Source: Flavobacteriaceae bacterium (GTDB lineage: Bacteria; Bacteroidota; Bacteroidia; Flavobacteriales; Flavobacteriaceae). From it: a stretch of DNA of 32,000 nt. The stretch's first letter is position 1. Every line of letters begins with the position of its first letter. Below, in pieces: positions 18,550 to 25,150 of this stretch. The stretch is from NCBI GenBank assembly GCA_965224465.1, contig OZ245049.1, positions 3,990,001 to 4,022,000 on the forward strand, given 5' to 3'. The translations under genes were made by a program, and so were the position numbers. The notes under the pieces were generated by a model. It saw nothing but the letters and a program-made list of their open reading frames with translations, was not told the DNA's origin and ran no database searches.

Positions 18550-21243
18550 ATGAGAAAAATAGTTTTTATTATCGCATTGTTAAGCATAACAAGTGCGTCT
18601 GCCCAAGTTAAAGTGATTGGGTTTATAAAAGACAGTATTGGAAATCCCTTAGAAATGGCTAATGTGATTGCTTTGAATAAAGCAGACAGTAGTATGGAGG
18701 ACTATTCTATTACGGATTCTAAAGGGAAATACCGTATCAATTTGAAAGAAAAAGGGATCTTTCAAGTGAAAGTGAGTTATGTTGGTTTTAAATCAAAAAC
18801 GTTTACTGTGGATACCAATAGCTCAGAAAAAAGCTTGCAAAAAAATATCACGTTGTATGCTCAAGATAATACTTTAGGGACGGTAACCTTAACTTATGAA
18901 ATGCCTGTGACAATAAAGGGAGATACTATTGTCTATAATTCTGATTCTTTTACCAATGGCACAGAGAAAAAGTTAGAGGATATTATGGAAAAGCTTCCTG
19001 GTGTGGAAATAAATAATGAAGGTCAGATAGAAATAGAAGGCAAAGTTGTAAAGAAAGTGATGGTAGAAGGAAAAATATTTTTTGACGGAGACACCAAATT
19101 GGCATTAAAAAATATTCCTGCGGATGCTGTGAGTAAAATTGAAGTCCTTAAAAATTATAATGAGGTTGGTCAACTGCGTGGATTGGGTACTGATGAAGAC
19201 AATGTAGCTATTAACATCAAATTAAAAGAAGGGAAGAAAAATTTTTGGTTTGGTGAAATCACTGCTGGTGGAGGACTAGATAGCCGCTATATTATCCATC
19301 CAAAATTGTTTTATTACAGTCCAAAACAAAGCATCAATATTATTACCGATATGAATAATACGGGTGAAGTTCCGTTTACATTTCGTGATTATATTAATTT
19401 CACAGGTGGAATGCGTCGTATGGGGTCTGGGACTGTTTTAGAGAGTTCCTCTGGAAGTGCAGGGTTGTCTATGTTAAAAAACAACAAAGCTCAAGAGATT
19501 GAAAGTAAGTTTGCGGCAGTTAATTATAATTATGCTGTCAATGATAAAACAAATGTGTCTGCTTTTGGGGTTTATTCAAATACGGATACTCAGATGTTTA
19601 CTGGTAAACAGACCGTTAATTATGTTGGTGAGATGTTACATATTGAAGATAAAATCACCACTACAAATCAAGGGAGTGAGTTAGCGATGTTTAAAGGGAG
19701 TTTGAAATATAAACCGAGTGTTAGTTTTCAGTTGGATTATGATGCCTTTATCAAAAAATCAAATACAGATGAATTGAATGCTATAATTTCCTTATCTAAT
19801 ATAGAAGGTGTTTTGAATGAGAACTTATTGGATATAAAGCAGCTTTCGAGTCCGTTTTCCTTTAGTCAAAATGCCAATATGTATTATACATTAAATAAGA
19901 AAAACATCTTTTCTGTAGCCATATTAATGGAATATAACAAAGATAAACCTGTGTATAACTCCATTTCAGAACAGCAACGTTTTGCGATGATACCTTCCTT
20001 GGAAGAAGGGGAGAGCCCATTTAATATAGAACAAATAAAAAAGCAAACAAGTAAAAAGTTAGCTGCTACGTTGGATTACTATTGTGTTATAAATAATAAG
20101 AGTAATGTAAACCTAACTTTTGGAGCTTTGTTGAGTGATCAAAAATTAGTATCGGCTATCAATCAAAAACTGAAAGATGGAAGTCAACTTAATTTTGAAG
20201 ATGTTAATTTATTAAATAATGTGAAATATGATTTTTTAGACAGCTATATGGGACTACGTTATAAATTTATAACCGGGGTTTTTACGTTCACTCCTGGTGT
20301 AATTCTACATCATTATTCGTTTGGGAATACGCAATTGGGAAGAGAAGAAACAAATTCGTTTACTAAATTGTTGCCTGATTTTTATGTAAAAATATCCTTT
20401 GGGAAGTCAGAGAGTGTCAATTTAAAATACAATATAACCACTTCTTTTACAGACGTAAATAGGTTGGCAGAAGGAACTGTTTATTCTAATTATAGTACCT
20501 TGTTCTCGGGGAATAGGAATTTAGACAATGCCTTGTATGAAAATTATTCCTTAAACTATTTTAATTTCAGAATGTTTAATTTTACTAATATCTATGCTCG
20601 ATTAAATTATACTAAAAAGAAAAAGGCGATTAAATTTAGTTCGGTTATTACAGGGATTGATCGTGTAAATACCGTGGTAAATATCGATGATCCTGAAGAT
20701 TCATTTTCTGCAAGTGCTCGTTATGGTCGTCGTTTTAATACCTTAAAAGTAAATTTGAAGGGTAGTTATCGATTGAACAATTATAATAATATTCAAAACA
20801 ATAGTATTAGTAAGACCACTTCGGGAACTCAAAGCTACAAAGCGAGGTTGGGAACTAATTTTAAAGAATGGCCAAATATGGAAATTGGCTATCAGCAAAC
20901 CTATAATAAGTTTGAAAGTGATAAGAGTGTGGATTCGTATAAAACACATCGTCCTTTTGTGAACCTAGAAATAATTTTCTTGAACGACTTTACCTTAACG
21001 GCTGATTATAGTTATTATCAATATAAAAATAAAAGTGGCTCCATAAACAATACGTATTCCTTTTTAAGTAGTAATTTGTATTATCAACAAGGCGATAGTA
21101 AATGGGAATTTAAATTAGCAGCGACCAATTTATTGGATACAAAAACAATAAATAAGGATAGTTTCTCTGAATTATATAGTTCGTCTTCTCAGTATTTTGT
21201 ACAGCCAAGATATGTAGTGCTCAGTGTGAAATATAATTTGTAA
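18550..21243 (+). CDS. Outer-membrane beta-barrel family protein with N-terminal CarboxypepD_reg-like domain (TonB-receptor-like)
   Basis: 897-aa ORF with a signal peptide and a CarboxypepD_reg-like start (VKVIGFIKDSIGNPLEMANVIA..VSYVGFKS). A plug-like segment follows (GDTIVYNSDSF..LEDIMEKLPGVEI). The barrel is long and Tyr/Asn-rich and ends ..YVVLSVKYNL. This is the usual partner of GLPGLI genes in Bacteroidota. Confidence 0.75.
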   Translation: MRKIVFIIALLSITSASAQVKVIGFIKDSIGNPLEMANVIALNKADSSMEDYSITDSKGKYRINLKEKGIFQVKVSYVGFKSKTFTVDTNSSEKSLQKNITLYAQDNTLGTVTLTYEMPVTIKGDTIVYNSDSFTNGTEKKLEDIMEKLPGVEINNEGQIEIEGKVVKKVMVEGKIFFDGDTKLALKNIPADAVSKIEVLKNYNEVGQLRGLGTDEDNVAINIKLKEGKKNFWFGEITAGGGLDSRYIIHPKLFYYSPKQSINIITDMNNTGEVPFTFRDYINFTGGMRRMGSGTVLESSSGSAGLSMLKNNKAQEIESKFAAVNYNYAVNDKTNVSAFGVYSNTDTQMFTGKQTVNYVGEMLHIEDKITTTNQGSELAMFKGSLKYKPSVSFQLDYDAFIKKSNTDELNAIISLSNIEGVLNENLLDIKQLSSPFSFSQNANMYYTLNKKNIFSVAILMEYNKDKPVYNSISEQQRFAMIPSLEEGESPFNIEQIKKQTSKKLAATLDYYCVINNKSNVNLTFGALLSDQKLVSAINQKLKDGSQLNFEDVNLLNNVKYDFLDSYMGLRYKFITGVFTFTPGVILHHYSFGNTQLGREETNSFTKLLPDFYVKISFGKSESVNLKYNITTSFTDVNRLAEGTVYSNYSTLFSGNRNLDNALYENYSLNYFNFRMFNFTNIYARLNYTKKKKAIKFSSVITGIDRVNTVVNIDDPEDSFSASARYGRRFNTLKVNLKGSYRLNNYNNIQNNSISKTTSGTQSYKARLGTNFKEWPNMEIGYQQTYNKFESDKSVDSYKTHRPFVNLEIIFLNDFTLTADYSYYQYKNKSGSINNTYSFLSSNLYYQQGDSKWEFKLAATNLLDTKTINKDSFSELYSSSSQYFVQPRYVVLSVKYNL

Positions 21244-21287
21244 TTTAAGGGTATAGGAAAGGAATTGCCGAAGAAGGATTAGGACTT

Positions 21288-21444
21288 ATATCAACTACAA
21301 TCTAAAATATCCGATATAAATAGTTTGTTTTATGTCTTGTCGTTATTAAAATCAGTACGATAGCTAATTTTGTGTTTTTTACCTAGCTAAAACAAAAAAA
21401 CAATTCCATTTCTAAACTGTCACTTGGAAAATGTATTTGGTATA
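21288..21444 (+). repeat. Dispersed repeat family, copy B (long form, about 157 nt)
   Basis: ATATCAACTACAATCTAAAATATCCGATATAAATAGTTTGTTTTATG...ACGATAGCTAA...CTAAAACAAAAAAACAATTCCATTTCTAAACTGTCACTTGGAAAATGTATTTGGTATA. It starts 45 nt after the OM-barrel stop. Confidence 0.8.
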
Positions 21445-21573
21445 AGTTTTTTAGAAGTGAGGAGAAATTTTAACTTAAACCAGTTATTTTATTTGTTGTC
21501 AGGTAAAATGATTGTTAGTCTTTTAAAAGCAAAAAAAAATGTAGGGAAACCTTGTTGATATGAGTAAATTTAT

Positions 21574-21627
21574 AAACGAAAAAAAGCCTGTAACACTTAT
21601 GTTTTACAGGCTTTTTTTTCGTTTATA
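21574..21627. terminator. Bidirectional intrinsic terminator between the OM barrel gene (+) and metK (-)
   Basis: Extended palindrome ATAAACGAAAAAAAGCCTGTAA...TTACAGGCTTTTTTTTCGTTTAT. Confidence 0.8.
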
Positions 21628-21637
21628 AGAATACTTT

Positions 21638-22891
21638 TTAAATTTTAAAAGCATCTTTTATTTTTGCAACATAGTCTAATTTTTCCCAGGTAAATGTTTC
21701 CACTTCTTTTTCGAAAACTTCTCCACTTCCAGAAACAAATTTCACTATTTTAATCTCTGGTGTACGTCCCATGTGTCCGTAAGCTGCTGTTTCGGAATAA
21801 ATAGGGTTTCTTAGTTTCAAGCGTTTTTCAATAGCTGCTGGTCGCATGTCAAACAATGTTTGAACAATCTTAGAAATTTGCCCGTCGTTTAAATTAATTT
21901 TGGAAGTACGGTAGGTATCTACGTTGATAGATGTTGGTTCAGCAACGCCAATAGCGTAAGAAACTTGTACTAAAATTTCATTACAAATTCCAGCGGCTAC
22001 CATGTTTTTAGCAATATGTCTCGCAGCATACGCAGCAGATCTGTCAACTTTACTAGGGTCTTTTCCAGAAAATGCTCCACCTCCGTGTGCTCCTTTACCA
22101 CCGTATGTGTCTACGATAATTTTACGACCTGTTAGTCCTGTATCTCCATGAGGGCCACCAATTACAAATTTCCCTGTTGGATTTACATGGTAGGTGATTT
22201 TATCATTGAATAATGCTTGTGTTTTTACGGGTAATTTTGCAATTACACGAGGCATTAAAACATTAATAACATCACTTTTAATTTTAGCTAACATGCTGTC
22301 GTCTTTATCAAAATCATCATGTTGGGTAGAAACTACGATGGTGTCAATACGTTGTGGAATGTTATCATCAGAATACTCAATAGTTACCTGACTTTTTGAG
22401 TCTGGGCGTAAATAAGTAATGTCCGAGTTTTCACGGCGCATCTCTGCCATTTCAATTAAAATCCGATGACTTAAATCCAATGCCAATGGCATGTAGTTTT
22501 CTGTTTCTTTGGTAGCGTACCCAAACATCATTCCTTGGTCTCCTGCACCCTGATCTTCTCCTTCTGCACGGTCTACTCCTTGGTTAATGTCTTGTGATTG
22601 CTCATGTATAGCAGAAAACACCCCACAAGAATTACCGTCAAAAAGGTATTCGCTTTTGGTATATCCAATTTTATTAATAGTATCTCGTGCTATTTTTTGC
22701 ACGTCTAAATAGGTTTTTGTTTTTACTTCACCAGCCAATACTACTTGTCCTGTGGTAACCATTGTTTCACAAGCTACTTTTGAGTTTTTGTCAAAGGCTA
22801 AAAAATGATCGACTAAGGCATCTGAAATTTGATCGGCTACTTTGTCTGGGTGTCCTTCCGAAACGGATTCAGAAGTAAATAAATATGACAT
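21638..22891 (-). CDS. metK: S-adenosylmethionine synthetase (methionine adenosyltransferase)
   Basis: 417-aa ORF with canonical MetK blocks ([45 protein letters not shown]). Confidence 0.95.
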   Translation of the reverse strand: MSYLFTSESVSEGHPDKVADQISDALVDHFLAFDKNSKVACETMVTTGQVVLAGEVKTKTYLDVQKIARDTINKIGYTKSEYLFDGNSCGVFSAIHEQSQDINQGVDRAEGEDQGAGDQGMMFGYATKETENYMPLALDLSHRILIEMAEMRRENSDITYLRPDSKSQVTIEYSDDNIPQRIDTIVVSTQHDDFDKDDSMLAKIKSDVINVLMPRVIAKLPVKTQALFNDKITYHVNPTGKFVIGGPHGDTGLTGRKIIVDTYGGKGAHGGGAFSGKDPSKVDRSAAYAARHIAKNMVAAGICNEILVQVSYAIGVAEPTSINVDTYRTSKINLNDGQISKIVQTLFDMRPAAIEKRLKLRNPIYSETAAYGHMGRTPEIKIVKFVSGSGEVFEKEVETFTWEKLDYVAKIKDAFKI

Positions 22892-22924
22892 AATTATTCT
22901 ATATATTTAGTTATAAAGAATGTA

Positions 22925-23001
22925 AACTGATTGTACGGGAAAGGCTAAAGAAAGTAATTGATTACTGCTTTAGCATTTTTTTTATGAGGTTGCAATCAGT
23001 T
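22925..23001 (-). promoter_or_regulatory. Structured 5' leader of metK (nested helices), regulatory RNA class unassigned
   Basis: On the metK-sense strand, a 9-bp outer helix AACUGAUUG/CAAUCAGUU (23001-22993 with 22933-22925) encloses a 7-bp helix GCUAAAG/CUUUAGC (22974-22968 with 22950-22944). The structure lies between a TAnnTTTG box and the metK ATG. Confidence 0.3.
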
Positions 23002-23030
23002 CAAATTCTTCCTCTTTTTAATTTGAGATG

Positions 23031-23038
23031 CAAAGATA
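23031..23038 (-). promoter_or_regulatory. Bacteroidota-type -7 promoter box (TAnnTTTG) for metK
   Basis: The reverse complement reads TATCTTTG. It lies about 140 nt upstream of the metK ATG, which leaves a leader long enough to contain the nested helices. Confidence 0.35.
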
Positions 23039-23282
23039 TACAATTTATAGAAACTGATATAATAAAATACTTAAAAAAACACAATGCAAACCTTTGACTT
23101 TTAAAATTAAACCACCGTTATTTATAGTTGTTCTAAATAGAATTATTGCTTTTGTGTTTTAATTTAATGGATATGTAACTTTATTTTCTGAAGGGTGTAC
23201 TGTCCTTATTTGTCTTTTTTTCTTGTTGTAAAGGAGATAGTATTGAAATTTCGAGGTGTCAATTAACTCCCACAGAGCTGCA

Positions 23283-23302
23283 ATTTCTAAACGGTCACTT
23301 GG
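23283..23302 (+). repeat. Orphan copy of the repeat-family core motif
   Basis: ATTTCTAAACGGTCACTTGG differs at one position from the conserved core ATTTCTAAAC(C/T)GTCA(C/T)TTGG. The flanking modules are not recognisable. Confidence 0.5.
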
Positions 23303-23468
23303 GGGTTTAATTGAATTATATCGTAAAATCATAGTGATAGATTATTCAAAACACCACAGTGATATTGATAAAGACATTCCTGTGAAAACATATATCAGGA
23401 GAGAAAGGACTGATAAAATTTGTAAGAAAGAATCATGTTGTTGTAGCAAGAGTAGTGGTATAATGGCT

Positions 23469-23525
23469 TAAGTGATTTTAAGTGAAGTTTTGTTTTTTTG
23501 ATTTTGTAAGCGGTTTTGTAAGTGA
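23469..23525 (+). repeat. Cluster of short direct repeats TTTT(G)TAAGTGA
   Basis: TAAGTGA occurs at 23469, 23479 and 23519, with a variant TAAGCGG at 23507. Each is preceded by a T-run (GATTTTAAGTGAAG, GATTTTGTAAGCGG, GGTTTTGTAAGTGAA). Confidence 0.45.
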
Positions 23526-23934
23526 ATTGGATTTTAATTTACTTAGTAATAGTTATTTGTCTTTATAGTTGTGTGAAGGCTGTTTTTGATTTCGTATTTT
23601 TAAAAGTAACTTTTAAGAAGAAAAATAAAGAAAAAACGTTTTTTTTGATTAAAAAAATGAAGCCCAGTGTTTGTTTTAACTGAGAATAATTAGATTAAAA
23701 ATGGAAATGAAAGCTTGGCTGTTAACGTTAGGACGTGTTTGTTCATAATACATAAAGAAAATTGTATTATTTCAAGCGAATTCTTGGACGTTGATTTGGT
23801 GTTTAAAAAATGCTATATATTGTTTGTTTTTGTTAGAAATATGTACATTTATCCCATAAAATATAAATGAAAAATGTGCGTGTTGTTCGTATTTAAAAAA
23901 TACTTCCAATAGAAACTCAACAAAAACAAAACAT

Positions 23935-24756
23935 ATGAAATCAATTAATATTTTAGTGATAGGTGCTGGAAATATGGGGCTTACCTTTGCAGAAGGGATG
24001 AGCAGGTCTAGTATTTTAAAAGGGAATAAAATAAATATTTACGATGTTTCTCATCAAAGAATTGCGGAAATTCAACAAATGGGACTCTTTAATGTTTGCT
24101 CTTCTTTAGACGTGTGTTTACCGCAAGCAGACATTGTTTTTTTAGCTGTAAAACCGTACAATATAGAGGAGCTATTTACAAGTATGAAACCGTTTACAAA
24201 TCCCGACCAAATTTTTGTTTCGATCATGGCTGGAGTCAAAATTAAAACGATTCAAGACAGCTTAGAAGTAGACAAAGTAATTAGAAGCATGCCTAATTTA
24301 CCAGCTAAAATTGGAGAAGGGATGACTAGTTTTACTATTTCTAAAACGGTGTCTAAATCAGAATCATTTTTAGTAAACGAATTAATGGAGACTACAGGAA
24401 TTACGGTGGAGGTTGCCAATGAAAAAATGATTGATGCATCTACCGGGATTTCGGGCAGTGGTCCTGCGTATGTTTTCTACTTTATGCAAGCGATTGTAGA
24501 GAAAAGTATAAATCTTGGGTTTACGGAAGAAGAAGCTAAAAGAATGACAATTCAAACGTTTAACGGTGCTGTTAAGCTCTACGAAAAGCACAAAGAAACG
24601 CCCAACGAGTGGATTGAGATGGTTGCTTCTAAAGGTGGAACCACAAGAGCGGCTATCGATATTTTAGACAAAGGACATGTAAAAGAGTCGATTATTCAAG
24701 CCGTAACAGGCGCCTTTGAAAGAGCCGTTGAATTAGGAGATATTGATGCGAAATAA
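23935..24756 (+). CDS. proC: Pyrroline-5-carboxylate reductase
   Basis: 273-aa ORF with the Rossmann motif VIGAGNMG and P5CR C-terminal blocks (GSGPAYVFYFMQA, SKGGTTRAAI). Confidence 0.85.
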   Translation: MKSINILVIGAGNMGLTFAEGMSRSSILKGNKINIYDVSHQRIAEIQQMGLFNVCSSLDVCLPQADIVFLAVKPYNIEELFTSMKPFTNPDQIFVSIMAGVKIKTIQDSLEVDKVIRSMPNLPAKIGEGMTSFTISKTVSKSESFLVNELMETTGITVEVANEKMIDASTGISGSGPAYVFYFMQAIVEKSINLGFTEEEAKRMTIQTFNGAVKLYEKHKETPNEWIEMVASKGGTTRAAIDILDKGHVKESIIQAVTGAFERAVELGDIDAK

Positions 24757-24788
24757 TCAATAAAAAAGATGTTTTATTTAAAAAATAG

Positions 24789-24818
24789 TTGGAGACTATA
24801 AAAATGTTTCTATATTTG
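24789..24818 (+). promoter_or_regulatory. Candidate promoter of the metY leader (-33 TTG, 19-nt spacer, -7 TATATTTG)
   Basis: TTG at 24789-24791 and TATATTTG at 24811-24818. This would place the transcription start about 10-15 nt before the leader ORF L1 ATG. Confidence 0.4.
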
Positions 24819-24838
24819 CCAATAGATAAGAAATAGAA

Positions 24839-24910
24839 ATGAATAAAAATTTAAACATAATGTGTCGCTGTATGATGTGTATTAATTACGCAGAGGACGC
24901 GAGTGTATAA
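24839..24910 (+). CDS. Candidate leader peptide L1 (23 aa, MNKNLNIMCRCMMCINYAEDASV)
   Basis: Hand-translated ATG..TAA mini-ORF. Six of seven consecutive codons (residues 8-14) are Met or Cys. It lies downstream of a TTG..TATATTTG promoter-like box, and an intrinsic terminator follows about 20 nt after its stop. Confidence 0.5.
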   Translation: MNKNLNIMCRCMMCINYAEDASV

Positions 24911-24927
24911 ATTTTAAAATATATATC

Positions 24928-24960
24928 AAGAGCCTCTGAGAAATCAGAGGCTTTTTTTTT
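24928..24960 (+). terminator. Intrinsic terminator T1 after leader ORF L1
   Basis: AGCCUCUGA / GAAA loop / UCAGAGGCU, extendable to about 12 bp, followed by a run of nine T. Confidence 0.75.
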
Positions 24961-24972
24961 ACAAGAAACACA

Positions 24973-25059
24973 ATGAATACTATTTTTAACTTTTTAATGA
25001 TGATAATGTGCCGCATGCGTATGCTGTGTTGTTGCATGATAAGATATTGCCAAATTTAG
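24973..25059 (+). CDS. Candidate leader peptide L2 (28 aa, MNTIFNFLMMIMCRMRMLCCCMIRYCQI)
   Basis: Hand-translated ATG..TAG mini-ORF. Eleven of eighteen codons (residues 9-26) are Met or Cys, and it shares the I-M-C-R core with L1. A second intrinsic terminator follows about 24 nt after its stop, immediately upstream of metY. Confidence 0.55.
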   Translation: MNTIFNFLMMIMCRMRMLCCCMIRYCQI

Positions 25060-25082
25060 TTTTTTTAAAGTATAAAATTTAG

Positions 25083-25122
25083 AAAGCCCCTTTGGTAATA
25101 TCAGTATTCAAAGGGGCTTTTT
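25083..25122 (+). terminator. Intrinsic terminator T2 after leader ORF L2, 29 nt before metY
   Basis: AAAGCCCCUUUG ... CAAAGGGGCUUU (12 bp) followed by UUUUU. The 14-nt loop can extend the stem (AAUA/UAUU). Confidence 0.7.
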
Positions 25123-25150
25123 CCATTTAGTTATACAAAAAATAGTACTT

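Noticed and set aside
22944-22983. Calling the plus-strand hairpin plus T10 upstream of metK a bona fide terminator feature.
   Set aside because: No plus-strand gene ends upstream of it, because the bidirectional terminator at 21574-21627 already closes the preceding gene. The hairpin is equally explained as part of the metK leader structure on the other strand. It is reported only inside the metK-leader finding.
23256-23471. 71-aa ORF (MSINSHRAAISKR...KESCCCSKSSGIMA) in the metK-proC gap.
   Set aside because: It has a GTG start, no recognisable domain and no promoter or initiation context, and it runs across a fragment of the dispersed repeat. I did not call it a gene. The region is flagged as a finding instead.
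24804-24836. 10-codon mini-ORF (MFLYLPIDKK) just upstream of leader ORF L1.
   Set aside because: It overlaps the candidate -7 promoter box, has no Met/Cys enrichment and has no associated structure. It is probably untranscribed or fortuitous.
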